Of a stretch of 64,000 bases of DNA, positions 1-9,000 are shown one piece after another. Origin of the DNA: Minisyncoccota bacterium (GTDB lineage: Bacteria > Patescibacteriota > Minisyncoccia > Phycocordibacterales > UBA918). Position numbers and translations under genes: made by a program. The notes beneath the pieces were generated by a model. It searched no databases. It was given only the letters and a program-made list of their open reading frames with translations, and was not told the DNA's origin. How positions within the stretch are numbered: position 1 is the stretch's first letter; each line of letters begins with the position of its first letter. Location: NCBI GenBank assembly GCA_022841645.1, contig JALHRC010000005.1:2804-66803 (forward strand), given 5' to 3'.

Positions 1-620
1 ACTGTTACCGTGCTTCCCAGCCGAGCAAATGCTTGAGCCATTTCAATTCCAATCGGACCACCACCAAGGACTAGTAGTCGGCGCGGTAGTACGTCCATGG
101 TAAAAATCGTTTCATTGGTATGGAGATTTTGCACCTGTTCAATTCCAGGTACCGTGAGGGTACGAGGACGCGAACCAGTGGCGAGCACGATGCGCTTGCT
201 GGTATAGACGGTATCCGCTACCTGCACCTGGTTTTTGCCTACAAACCTCGCTTCGCCTAATACCACCGTCATTCCCTGCGAGCGAAACCATGTTGCATTC
301 TCATGTTCTCGTATTGTCGACTGCACACCAGCAATGTACTCCCGCACTCGCTCCCACACCACCGCCCCGCCAACCGACAGCCCGTAGGCGGCCGCGCGCC
401 GCGCGGCCGCTACCTCACGCGCTATGTGGAGGAGGGCTTTGGAGGGGATACAGCCAAAGTTAAGACAATCACCCCCAATGGTCTCATCACGCTTATCGAT
501 AAGCAGCACCGAGAGTCCAATCCGGTTCATAAAGGCGGCTATGGTGAGTCCACCTGAACCAGCACCGATAACAATGAGGTCAAAGCTGGTCTTAGCGCTT
601 GTGACTTTCGTGGTGTCCAT
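1..620 (-). CDS. Pyridine nucleotide-disulfide oxidoreductase (dihydrolipoamide dehydrogenase / mercuric reductase-like), N-terminal 206 aa; the 3' end lies beyond the window
   Basis: The reverse-strand translation begins MDTTKVTSAKTSFDLIVIGAGSGG (FAD-binding GxGxxG) and contains the redox-active CLNFGCIPSK disulfide motif. A second Rossmann motif (VLGGGPIGIEMAQ) follows. The start codon sits at 618-620. Confidence 0.7.
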   Translation of the reverse strand, partial: MDTTKVTSAKTSFDLIVIGAGSGGLTIAAFMNRIGLSVLLIDKRDETIGGDCLNFGCIPSKALLHIAREVAAARRAAAYGLSVGGAVVWERVREYIAGVQSTIREHENATWFRSQGMTVVLGEARFVGKNQVQVADTVYTSKRIVLATGSRPRTLTVPGIEQVQNLHTNETIFTMDVLPRRLLVLGGGPIGIEMAQAFARLGSTVT

Positions 621-1269
621 AATGGCGTTGCAGATAGCGACCTAATAATACTACTCCACCCACGAGAACCAAGGCACCGACAATATGAAGCGGCTTTAAC
701 ATCGTGATAGCATCGCCAAAATAAACAAAGGCAAACGTACCAGGCACGATACCAAGCACCGTTGCGAATATATAGTCACGTGTCCGCACCGAAGTAAAAC
801 CAAGGGCATAATTGAGCGCACTAAACGGCACAATGGGAGTGAGGCGTAGAATCAGCACAGTCAAAAATCCCGAGCGAGTGAGGCGTGCATCATACAATGC
901 TAGCTTTTGGTGCCAGCGATTGGTTGCGGGGGCACGCTCTGTTTTATCGCCACGCCGAAATAGCCGAACGAGAAGAAATGAACCAGTAGCGCCAATACTC
1001 GCTCCCACCACCGTGGCCACCATACCAATAAGTGGCCCAAACAGCACACCACCAGTGAGGGTAAAAGCTACTCCGGGGAGAGCAAACATCACACCTCCTG
1101 CATACACAAAAACGTACACCAGAGGTGCATATACACCGTATCCGGCAACCAGTTCTCGTAGTGCCATTGGCGTGATGATTCCACTACGGTGTACGTAGAT
1201 CACAATGAAGACTGCTGCTACGATCACCACGATCGCTAGTAACGACCGCCACAAGACTGAAAGCATCAT
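592..1269 (-). CDS. DedA/TVP38 (SNARE-associated) family membrane protein
   Basis: The 225-aa product is polytopic and hydrophobic with DedA-like motifs (LVRLF..GDK..R, LRLTPIVPF..NYALG). It overlaps the upstream oxidoreductase start by 29 nt. Confidence 0.7.
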   Translation of the reverse strand: MMLSVLWRSLLAIVVIVAAVFIVIYVHRSGIITPMALRELVAGYGVYAPLVYVFVYAGGVMFALPGVAFTLTGGVLFGPLIGMVATVVGASIGATGSFLLVRLFRRGDKTERAPATNRWHQKLALYDARLTRSGFLTVLILRLTPIVPFSALNYALGFTSVRTRDYIFATVLGIVPGTFAFVYFGDAITMLKPLHIVGALVLVGGVVLLGRYLQRHYGHHESHKR

Positions 1270-1274
1270 AAGGT

Positions 1275-3257
1275 TTACTCAACCATGGACAGCCAGTGGG
1301 CGTAGCCAAGCGCCGACATCTCGGCCTTAGGAATAAAACGTAGTGCCGCACCATTCATGCAGTACCGTTTACCACCGCGGTCGATCGGCCCATCATCAAA
1401 GACGTGCCCAAGGTGCGAGTCGGCGAACCGTGACCGCACCTCAGTGCGCACCGAAAACAACTTCCGATCTTCGTGGTGCGTCACCACTTCATCACTTAGC
1501 GGTCGTACAAACGACGGCCACCCCGTACCCGAATCAAACTTATCGCGCGAGGAGAATAGCGGTTCGCCAGATATCATGTCAACGTACAAACCGGGTTCAT
1601 AGTGTTGGTCAAGCGCGCTGGTACCAGCACGCTCTGTAGCATCTTCGCGCATCACCCGAAAGGCCACCTCAGAAAGTAATGTTCGCAACTCTTCGTCGAC
1701 TGGTCGTATATACGTCTCCCATGAAGAAGGGGTAAATTGGTTACGAGTAGCTGAATCCATAGTGGTGTTTGTTGCCAGATTGTCCGAATAAGTAAATTTT
1801 TTAAGGTCACTTCCCCACGTTGATTCTATGAAGGCTGTTCGACCGGAAGCACTGCGATACAAACTATATCGTAGTGGATTCTTTAGAGCGTAGTCTTGGT
1901 GGTAGTCTTCGGCTGGGTAGAACGGCGGTCGCGCTACTACTAGCAGCGGAAGCGGCGCTGGAAAAATCCCACGAGCGTCAACGGCTGCGATCACCGCCAG
2001 TGCCGCTCTCTGTTCCTCCTTTGTTTGATAATAAATAGCTGGAGCATACTCACTGCCACGGTCTTTAAACGAACCATGAGCGTCAGTCGGGTCACCATGC
2101 TTAATAATATGTTCCACCAGATTCGCGTAGGATACGATTGACGGGTCATACACCACCTGCACGACTTCGCGGTGACCGCCGTCATCGTAGTTCTTGTAAT
2201 CTGGATTTTCGGTAGTACCGCCAGCATATCCAGAGACAACATCAATGACCCCCGTCACCTTCGCTAGATCGTGCTCGACGCACCAGAAACAGCCGTTGCC
2301 AAACAAGGCGTTGGCAGTTTTAGTTGGTTGTGGTGGTGCGGGTGGGGTTACTGGTTCTCGAAGTACTGCAACTATTTGACTACCACTAGTCATCATCTGG
2401 TCATCCACTTCTTTAGCATCAAGGGTTGTGCTGGTAGCCTCTGTCAAATCTGTAGTCGCTAACGTCACTCCACTCTCAGCACTCATTGGTTGAGGTAGCG
2501 GAAGCGGTGAGGGGACCGATTCGGCTGGTGCAAACTGACGCAGGAGTTCTTCTTCAAATTGGATAGTGGCTCCATAGCCACTATCAAGAACGAACGACTC
2601 AAACTGCTTGTCCCAGCCCATCACCACCGCCACTCCAACACACAGCAGGAGTACGCCAAGGCCCTGGCGCACTCGCGCAGTAGTGGTAAGCCGTTTTAAG
2701 AGTACGTTGACAAACTGCTGACCAAAGTAAGCAATCAGAAAGAGAACAAGGACCAATCCCAACACAAATCCTCCCAAATACCACAACCCCAGCGCAAGTG
2801 ATGCTGGTAATACGGTCGCAATAATAAAGAGATAGGTTGGACTACAGGTCGAGAACACCGGACCAAGTGCCACCCCCATCAGCACATCCCCGCGCCAGCT
2901 GTTAGCCTGGTAGCCGCCACCGACTGCCCGATTGCTTAGCCGTGCTATCCGGCCCACAAGCGGCACTCTACCCCACCACGTCGGTACCAGAAGCGACAAA
3001 CCAAGGAGCGCAAGCACGCCTCCGGAAAACCACGTCCAAACGCTTGGCGGAATGGTAATCAGTAGCGTCGTCGCTCTAAGAAGGAGCGTAAAGACAATCA
3101 CCGATGCAGCGAGCACGAGAATCACTACCACTGACCGCCGTGAGAGATGGCGCGCTCCTGGCTCACTTGCACCGATCACGACCGGCAACAGCGGCAAAAT
3201 ACAGGGGGCCAGGACCGTGAGTGCCCCAGCCAAAACGGAGATAAGAAAGAAGGACAT
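1275..3257 (-). CDS. msrAB: Tri-domain fusion: CcdA/DsbD-type thiol-disulfide transporter TM domain - MsrA - MsrB (membrane-bound peptide methionine sulfoxide reductase A/B)
   Basis: The N-terminal six-TM region carries the CcdA motifs LAPCILPLLP and FSTCSPTY. A Pro-rich linker follows. The MsrA motif GCFWCVEH and the MsrB motifs GTGWPSF, HLGHVFDDGP and RYCMNGAALRF complete the 660-aa product. Confidence 0.85.
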   Translation of the reverse strand: MSFFLISVLAGALTVLAPCILPLLPVVIGASEPGARHLSRRSVVVILVLAASVIVFTLLLRATTLLITIPPSVWTWFSGGVLALLGLSLLVPTWWGRVPLVGRIARLSNRAVGGGYQANSWRGDVLMGVALGPVFSTCSPTYLFIIATVLPASLALGLWYLGGFVLGLVLVLFLIAYFGQQFVNVLLKRLTTTARVRQGLGVLLLCVGVAVVMGWDKQFESFVLDSGYGATIQFEEELLRQFAPAESVPSPLPLPQPMSAESGVTLATTDLTEATSTTLDAKEVDDQMMTSGSQIVAVLREPVTPPAPPQPTKTANALFGNGCFWCVEHDLAKVTGVIDVVSGYAGGTTENPDYKNYDDGGHREVVQVVYDPSIVSYANLVEHIIKHGDPTDAHGSFKDRGSEYAPAIYYQTKEEQRAALAVIAAVDARGIFPAPLPLLVVARPPFYPAEDYHQDYALKNPLRYSLYRSASGRTAFIESTWGSDLKKFTYSDNLATNTTMDSATRNQFTPSSWETYIRPVDEELRTLLSEVAFRVMREDATERAGTSALDQHYEPGLYVDMISGEPLFSSRDKFDSGTGWPSFVRPLSDEVVTHHEDRKLFSVRTEVRSRFADSHLGHVFDDGPIDRGGKRYCMNGAALRFIPKAEMSALGYAHWLSMVE

Positions 3258-3264
3258 GAAATGA

Positions 3265-3906
3265 TCACTCTACCTGCGCTACGACACTCGCTAGCGTCGA
3301 GCCACCACTCCACTTTTTGATGAGTGTGCCGTCGGCGGACACCTGTACCAGGGTATGTTGGGTAGTCACTCCATACTTTTGTTTCAGTGCCGTGCTGGTA
3401 TCGTAGTCGACATTAAAAATAGTCAGCCCCGCTGGAATACTGGTCAATTGATTTTTAATGTCACCCTCCAGCGTACGACAGCTTGGACACCAGCTAGCGT
3501 AGAAAAACAATACCGCGTCGCCCGCCGTGGCTGCCGCTGCTACCGCAGCAGCAGAGTATGTGGTATAGCTACCTGTAGCAGCAGACGCTGGCATGTCCTT
3601 TTTCATGGTGTCGTCACCCATCATAGCTACACTTTTCGGTGTATCACTCATGTCATCTGCCATGGTGTTTGCAGAATTAGTAGATGACATCTCGGGTTTA
3701 GGAGGTGATATCGTCGTCGCGCCACTGTTCATTGCCGTTTCTTCATCCATCATCTCATCTGGTTTACCCTCCATCTCTGCTGCTCCAGTATCCGACACTT
3801 TCAACATCTCTGATGTAGCAACCGACGGTGCATTATTCGACTGACTTGCATACCACACGCCACCAAACAAGGCTACAACTACCACTCCAATTAAAAGATT
3901 AACCAT
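3265..3906 (-). CDS. Membrane-anchored thioredoxin-like protein (WCPSC active site) with a Met-rich linker
   Basis: It has an N-terminal TM helix and about 14 Met within an 80-aa acidic linker. The C-terminal thioredoxin fold carries FFYASWCPSCR. It lies immediately upstream of the CcdA-MsrAB fusion on the same strand. Confidence 0.8.
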   Translation of the reverse strand: MVNLLIGVVVVALFGGVWYASQSNNAPSVATSEMLKVSDTGAAEMEGKPDEMMDEETAMNSGATTISPPKPEMSSTNSANTMADDMSDTPKSVAMMGDDTMKKDMPASAATGSYTTYSAAAVAAAATAGDAVLFFYASWCPSCRTLEGDIKNQLTSIPAGLTIFNVDYDTSTALKQKYGVTTQHTLVQVSADGTLIKKWSGGSTLASVVAQVE

Positions 3907-4010
3907 AGTGCAAAAGTAGAGAAAGGTTTAAGGTCTTTACTAAACTGCTACAGTCAGTATAGCCGACTTTACATACATGTAAAGTCGGCTATACACAGTA
4001 TCCTCTACAT

Positions 4011-4379
4011 CTATTCAAGGTAGAGTCTTGAAATATGCTTGACGAGCACCATAGCAGCGAGGGCCACCGGAATCCACGGATCAATGGTGTGTGTGAGGGT
4101 CTGGAAAATAAGGGCACAGAGTAACACTGCCAATCCAGCCAGGTACGCCAGGCGTCCCGACTGCACCCGCAACTGCACTTCACGCTCATCGGCGGCTGTT
4201 TCAGAAAGAACGAAACTCGCCCAAACAACGAGCAGCACGGTCACACACACAAGAGCCACCAGCTCTCCCATCATTGGCATCCAAAACGGCACCAGATCGG
4301 CAATAACGATCAAGAAAAAACTAATTAAAATCGCAACGGTGGTGTGCATGATAGTTTTGTGCATGAAAATCTTATTCAT
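4011..4379 (-). CDS. Small polytopic membrane protein (DUF2178-like) co-transcribed with an XRE regulator
   Basis: The 122-aa product has 3-4 hydrophobic helices. Its start overlaps the stop of the XRE gene (ATGAATAA overlap). Confidence 0.55.
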   Translation of the reverse strand: MNKIFMHKTIMHTTVAILISFFLIVIADLVPFWMPMMGELVALVCVTVLLVVWASFVLSETAADEREVQLRVQSGRLAYLAGLAVLLCALIFQTLTHTIDPWIPVALAAMVLVKHISRLYLE

Positions 4380-4620
4380 ACGTCAGGGTAAATAAATCTT
4401 CTACTGCCACCTCAAAATAACGCGCGAGAGTAAGCGCAAGTAGCACCGAGGGCGTGTAATTACCCTTTTCGATAGAAATGATGGTTTGCCGCGTTACGCC
4501 CACAGCAATCGCCAACTCTTCCTGCGTTAGGCAGCGCTCGGTACGAAACTGATTAACACAATTAGTAACTTTATAATGCACACTCATCGACAGCAGCATA
4601 GCAAACTGCATCACAATCAC
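4372..4620 (-). CDS. XRE-family helix-turn-helix transcriptional regulator (an alternative start at 4587 gives 71 aa)
   Basis: It carries the Cro/C1-type HTH signature LTQEELAIAVGVTRQTIISIEKG. Confidence 0.75.
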   Translation of the reverse strand: MIVMQFAMLLSMSVHYKVTNCVNQFRTERCLTQEELAIAVGVTRQTIISIEKGNYTPSVLLALTLARYFEVAVEDLFTLTYE

Positions 4621-4713
4621 AATGGCTGTGAAGTGATGGTCGGCAGTCGGGAGTGGCTCATAGGGTCCATGCTAAAAACCCTGCCGCTTCTATCGTGCAC
4701 AATGACCACTCAC

Positions 4714-5079
4714 TCACCACGTCAATAAAAAGTCGGCTGGTTCTCCGGCGCGACCAATGCCATACCAGGTATAGCCTAGTGGGCCACGGCGCTCGGTCAC
4801 GGTGACCGTCCCCGCACTAGCTTCATGAGCGCGAACGACCGTCTGCGCCGTCACTATTTCACCGGCTACCAGGAAGGACACCCGGACACGTTGCCACGTT
4901 TGGCCATCAATAGTGGAATCAAGACCAGTGTAACGACCAGTTTCTACGACGACCGCCTCGCCACTCCCTACCACGCCACTTAAAAAGCGGTCAATACTCA
5001 CGAGTGCCCCCACCAAGAAAAATACTAAGGCAAGAAATGAAAGCGGGAGTAAAAGGATTCGGTCGCGCGAAGCGGGCAA
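4714..5079 (-). CDS. Hypothetical membrane-anchored protein
   Basis: The 121-aa product has an N-terminal TM helix followed by a beta-rich soluble part. No recognisable motif was found. Confidence 0.4.
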   Translation of the reverse strand: MPASRDRILLLPLSFLALVFFLVGALVSIDRFLSGVVGSGEAVVVETGRYTGLDSTIDGQTWQRVRVSFLVAGEIVTAQTVVRAHEASAGTVTVTERRGPLGYTWYGIGRAGEPADFLLTW

Positions 5080-5310
5080 TGGTGAGACAAGTCGCTCTCT
5101 CCCTAGCCACTAAGGGTGTAGGGCAACCGTCGTAAAAAGCGCCGCAATGCGTACGACCCTACGCCCAAGGCCAAGGTAAAAACGAATAATCCAATGTTTG
5201 AAATGACTGCTGCCCAACACCACTCAACAACGTGAACTACCATGGTTTTTATTATAGCAACTGTAAGGAGTCGTTTAGTAGCCCGTCATCACTGGGTATA
5301 ACTAATAATT

Positions 5311-5871
5311 ATGCCTACCACCATAAAAATGCCGTTATTGTATTCATTTATTTTAATTATTGCCGTCTTTTTCACTGTTCTTCCCACAGAGCGAGCAGAA
5401 GCCCTCAGCTGTCTGCCGGTAGCCGACTACCTTGAACAGGTAGTTGGTGGTGATGAGTTTGTCTTTATCGGGAGCATGAATGGCGGTAGCGATACTACTG
5501 GCTATTTTACCGAGCACGTGACTGTTACCAAGGCCCTTCAGGGCTATGTACCCGAGCAAATGATGCTCTACCACCGCACCGACGATACGTGGGGCTACTT
5601 CTGCAACCAGGGACCGGGCGAAAAGGGTGAGGCAGGACTCTACGTCGTCGGCTTTGATGAGTACGGCAAATATGTCGTGCACCAACGCCTCGCCCTCACT
5701 GATCCACTAGTAAAGACGCTTGAGAATGATCTTAAGGAGGCCGAAGTCACGGGTGGCATTAGCGAGCACTCGGCTAAGGACCTACGTAACCAGATTGCCG
5801 ACAAGATCCGTACCCTGTTTGCCGAAATTCTTCTCCTTATGAGCGAGTACCGCTACTGGGAAGGACGATAA
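5311..5871 (+). CDS. Hypothetical secreted protein
   Basis: It has an N-terminal signal-peptide-like segment (LLYSFILIIAVFFTVLPTERAEA), two Cys residues, and a TATAAC promoter-like sequence upstream. Confidence 0.5.
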   Translation: MPTTIKMPLLYSFILIIAVFFTVLPTERAEALSCLPVADYLEQVVGGDEFVFIGSMNGGSDTTGYFTEHVTVTKALQGYVPEQMMLYHRTDDTWGYFCNQGPGEKGEAGLYVVGFDEYGKYVVHQRLALTDPLVKTLENDLKEAEVTGGISEHSAKDLRNQIADKIRTLFAEILLLMSEYRYWEGR

Positions 5872-5892
5872 AGAACAGTCAATGTACGTTGG

Positions 5893-5928
5893 CGAAAGCG
5901 GGCGGTCCCTAAAGGGACCGCCCGCTTT
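5893..5928 (+). terminator. Intrinsic terminator hairpin (aaagcgggcggtccc-taaa-gggaccgcccgcttt)
   Basis: A perfect 15-bp stem lies directly downstream of the 5311..5871 CDS. Confidence 0.6.
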
Positions 5929-6087
5929 CATTTCCGGTCATCACTCTACCATAGCCGCTTTTCCCCACCCCTAGTTGACGAGAACGGGGATGGCGGAGTA
6001 TTGTTGATTTGCCAAGGGGTTCTAGAGCAATCTTAACCCCAAGGCGTATCGCCGCACTCACGCGGCAACAGCAGGAAGGACACGACG

Positions 6088-6273
6088 ATGAAGACCCGTT
6101 TCCACCCGCGCCTCGGCGCATCCATGGCGGTCGAACCCGGTGCGAAGAAGCTCGGCACGCACACCCGCCCGATGGCCGTCGGCGCCGCTGCGACGCTGCA
6201 TGGCCAGGCCGCCGAGATCGCGCTGTTCGCCACCGCCCCGTCCCACGCCGCCGGCGGCTTCCTCGGCACCTGA
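6088..6273 (+). CDS. Hypothetical 61-aa Ala/Gly-rich protein in the GC-rich pocket
   Basis: An SD (AGGAAGGA) lies 7 nt upstream of the ATG. The ORF is followed by a perfect 11-bp hairpin (ccctctcgcag-caaaca-ctgcgagaggg, about 6295-6322). Coding status is uncertain because of GC bias. Confidence 0.25.
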   Translation: MKTRFHPRLGASMAVEPGAKKLGTHTRPMAVGAAATLHGQAAEIALFATAPSHAAGGFLGT

Positions 6274-6563
6274 AGCGCCGGCTGCTTCGGCCCTCTCGCA
6301 GCAAACACTGCGAGAGGGATCCCCGTTCTTTCACCCAAACCAAGAAGGAAACACGCACGACTGCGGCGAGGTGACTTCCCTTTTGAGTTTCTCCCCAATC
6401 AGGGAAATGCACCTCGCCGCTCGGCCTTACTTTTGGCCCAGCGGTTTTTTCTTTATATACTTTTTCACTTTCGACTTTAAAATTTTTAACTTTTCTCTTT
6501 TTAATTCTTCATTTTCAACTCTTCACTTTTCACTTTTATCTCTTCCTATTCCCTCCCCTTCAT

Positions 6564-6593
6564 TTGACAGTAAAAGCTGCCTGCCAGTATAGT
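6564..6593 (+). promoter_or_regulatory. Near-consensus sigma70-type promoter: TTGACA-N18-TATAGT with an upstream AT-rich UP-like tract
   Basis: TTGACA lies at 6564-6569 and TATAGT at 6588-6593. A 130-nt T-rich tract with repeated cttttcac motifs sits at 6430-6560. Confidence 0.45.
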
Positions 6594-6668
6594 AAAAGCG
6601 CCTGGGGAGCAAACACTTCTTTGGCAGCTGGGCGGATTCCCCGCCCAACAAACCAACAGGAGAGAACG

Positions 6669-6896
6669 ATGGGATGTGGGCAGGGCGGAAGTGGGCGTGG
6701 CGCTCCCAGGTCGTCACCCGGTACGGGCAACAGTGACATCGCGCCGACGTTGTCGGTCTTCGGGCGGATGTCCGGTCAACGTGGCCCTGATGATGTCGGC
6801 GGCGGCAATGGCGGCAGAGCGCTCGTCCTCGGCGGCATGGCTACTGCGATCGTGAGCGCGAGCGACGGGCGGGCCGTGCCCCACGTGGTGCGCTGA
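6669..6896 (+). CDS. Hypothetical 75-aa Gly-rich protein with a long structured 3' UTR
   Basis: A strong SD (AGGAGA) lies 5 nt upstream of the ATG. Nested perfect hairpins follow downstream (6918-6952, 6967-6998, 7000-7030). The ORF could instead be a GC-bias artefact within an ncRNA. Confidence 0.25.
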   Translation: MGCGQGGSGRGAPRSSPGTGNSDIAPTLSVFGRMSGQRGPDDVGGGNGGRALVLGGMATAIVSASDGRAVPHVVR

Positions 6897-7052
6897 CAAT
6901 GCGAAAGAGCGGCCGGTAGCTCCGAAAGCTACCAGTAACCGGCATGACGGGAAAGGCCCAGCGGACGAGCACCGCTCGCACCGCTGGGTCTCCATTCCAA
7001 AAACGATTTGAGGGATGGAGCACTGCTCACCCACTACAATTGCCCGCACAGC

Positions 7053-7079
7053 CACCCGGCCGTCGGGCGGTTTTTATTT
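7053..7079 (+). terminator. Intrinsic terminator (ccacccg-gccgt-cgggcgg then TTTTTATTT)
   Basis: A GC stem plus T-run ends the transcription unit that starts at the 6564 promoter, about 475 nt. Confidence 0.45.
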
Positions 7080-7379
7080 ACGCCACATACATTCAACCGC
7101 CGGCACTCCAAAATATAGCGAGCGCCCTACCGGTCAACCACCTCTCTCCTACTATCATGCATGATAGTAGGAGAGACGATTAGAGAGTGCTGTATTAGTC
7201 GCGTAGTTTTGACAATATTTTATATTGGCATACTATGCAGCTGCCATTTAACGAAATGGTCCCTGAAACCTTTTTTAGGGCGCTAGCGAGCAGAGAGGGA
7301 GTTAAGTTGCCCCCCAACCCGGCTCTTAATCTCATTCGCGTCAAACTCTTCGGCCACCCCTCGGGGTGACCGAACTTTT

Positions 7380-8468
7380 TTATGACTCCTCGTCGAGGCG
7401 CGCCGGCTTATCGAGGGTGAGTACATCCACACCGGCCGACTCGCCCGTGATGCGCAGCACGTCCTTGTCTACCTTCGCTAGTTCTTTATACCCAGCGTTG
7501 TAGTGATTGACGCTCGTCGCAAGCGCGTTGCCGAGCTTTTGGTAGTAGTCTTCATACTTGCCAATATGCGTTCCTAGTTTTTCCACGTTCTTGATGATAT
7601 CGATAGCCTTCTCTTCGATCTCAAGCGCTTTAAGGCCCTGGAGCACGGTCTGCAGGTAGGCGAGGAATGACGTGGGCGAAACAATAATCACCCGATACTT
7701 CCCGGCTGCCCGTTGGATGAGGTTCTCTTCCCCGCCAGTAATGGTATTGGAGAGGAGGTCGTAGTAGACACCTTCCGAAGGAATAAACATGAAGGCAAAG
7801 TCCATCGTCTTTTCACTCGGTCGGATGTACTTGGCGGTTTCGGTAATGCGCAACTTAAGGTCATTGATGAAGGTTTTTTCTAAAGTAGCGCGTTCTGTCG
7901 CGTCGCGCGCTTCAATGAGGCGATTGTAGTTTTCGAGCGAAAACTTTGAGTCAATCGGAATCACTTTGTCTTTCACAAACACCACAGCGTCGACAATTTC
8001 GGCATTGCCAAAGGCGTACTGCATTTGAAAGCTGCCGGGTGGCAGCACATTTTGCAGTACCGTTTCGAGGTAGTACTCGCCCAAAATTCCCCGTTGCTTC
8101 GGATTTTTAAGCACGTCTTGCAGTTGCTTGAGCTGCTCCGCAAAACCAATCACTTGGCGGTTGGTTTCTCCGAGGCGCGTCAACCCTTCCGTTACCTCGC
8201 GCACAATTTTCGACGACTCCGAGAGTTGGCTCTCGACCGTGCGCTGGATGGTACGACTCGATTCGCCGAGGCGCGCGTCGAGCGTGCGGGTGGAATCAGC
8301 GAGCCGTTCGTTCATCGTACGCGCGAGTTCTTGCATACCTTGCTGGAGGAGCAGGATACTTTGATCGGCCTCGGCTGGCTTTTCAGTGCGTTTTCGAAGA
8401 AGTAGGTACACCAAAAAGCCGTTTCCGAGGAGGAGCGCGACCACCAACACAATAATCAGCCATTCCAT
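7380..8468 (-). CDS. rmuC: DNA recombination protein RmuC (the ORF extends to 8516; the start is chosen at MEWLII)
   Basis: An N-terminal TM helix is followed by a long coiled-coil and the RmuC core (IPIDSKF, MFIPSEGVYYD, VSPTSFLAYLQ). Confidence 0.8.
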   Translation of the reverse strand: MEWLIIVLVVALLLGNGFLVYLLLRKRTEKPAEADQSILLLQQGMQELARTMNERLADSTRTLDARLGESSRTIQRTVESQLSESSKIVREVTEGLTRLGETNRQVIGFAEQLKQLQDVLKNPKQRGILGEYYLETVLQNVLPPGSFQMQYAFGNAEIVDAVVFVKDKVIPIDSKFSLENYNRLIEARDATERATLEKTFINDLKLRITETAKYIRPSEKTMDFAFMFIPSEGVYYDLLSNTITGGEENLIQRAAGKYRVIIVSPTSFLAYLQTVLQGLKALEIEEKAIDIIKNVEKLGTHIGKYEDYYQKLGNALATSVNHYNAGYKELAKVDKDVLRITGESAGVDVLTLDKPARLDEES

Positions 8469-8567
8469 AATTGAATTGCCACCAGAATACCATACCCTCC
8501 CTTGCCCACCGGGCACCTAGGGTCTATGCTGGTTTTTGGAGGACGCGGTTCCTCACAGGAGGCAACG

Positions 8568-8741
8568 ATGACCATCGCTGAAAGGGCCGGGGCAGACACT
8601 CGCTACGACATACTCGGCGAGTACGTGTTGGCACTCCTCGGACTAATCGCTGGGCTCATGCTGATCTGCTTCGTTGGTTTTTCTTTCGAGTCAACGTCCC
8701 CACGGGGGACAACCTGCACAGTTGAAAGGACAGTCCGATGA
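8568..8741 (+). CDS. Small single-TM protein 1 of 6 (57 aa)
   Basis: An SD (AGGAGG) precedes the ATG. The TM segment is YVLALLGLIAGLMLICFVGF. The stop overlaps the next start (ATGA). Confidence 0.45.
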   Translation: MTIAERAGADTRYDILGEYVLALLGLIAGLMLICFVGFSFESTSPRGTTCTVERTVR

Positions 8742-8875
8742 GTCTTGAGTCAGCACCGCCAAAAACCGGTCGCGACTTGCTTGGCGCGTTGGTCGCCATT
8801 GTGCTCGCGCTACTGGTGTACTTCTCAAAACCACGCACCACCAACCCCAACGCTAGGGAGGAGAACCATGACTGA
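8738..8875 (+). CDS. Small single-TM protein 2 of 6 (45 aa)
   Basis: An SD (AAAGGA) precedes the ATG. The TM segment is LLGALVAIVLALLVYF. It overlaps both neighbours. Confidence 0.4.
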   Translation: MSLESAPPKTGRDLLGALVAIVLALLVYFSKPRTTNPNAREENHD

Positions 8876-8999
8876 AAACAGCGACCACTGGTGGATTTCG
8901 CCTTTGTTTCTTTTCATTTTGTTCGCGCTCATCCTGTGGGCGCGGAGCATCGCACTCAAGGATCACCGGTTTCCCCGTGATCCACGAAAGGGTGAATGA
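8868..8999 (+). CDS. Small single-TM protein 3 of 6 (43 aa)
   Basis: An SD (GGGAGGAG) precedes the ATG. The TM segment is WWISPLFLFILFALILWA. Confidence 0.45.
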   Translation: MTENSDHWWISPLFLFILFALILWARSIALKDHRFPRDPRKGE

Positions 9000-9000
9000 C

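Noticed and set aside
5909-7055. Many long overlapping ORFs on both strands (such as 5909..6412, 6033..6398, 6140..6592 and 6714..7055) encoding Arg/Pro/Ala-rich products
   Set aside because: They mutually overlap in a 65% GC stretch and have low-complexity products. All but the two SD-preceded ones lack an RBS. These are typical GC-bias artefacts.
5930-7100. RNase P RNA, tmRNA or SRP RNA in the GC-rich structured region
   Set aside because: I searched both strands for P4 signatures (GGAAAGTCCGG, ACAGAAnCCGGCTTA), a tmRNA T-arm/CCA end and tag ORF, and the SRP GGUCCGGAAGGAAGCAGC motif, and found none. I left it as an unassigned structured region.
8745-8867. An upstream extension of small ORF 3 from a TTG start (MSQHRQKPVATCLARW...)
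   Set aside because: The extension is R/C/W-rich, and the space is occupied in another frame by small ORF 2, which has its own SD. ATG 8868 with SD GGGAGGAG is the better start.
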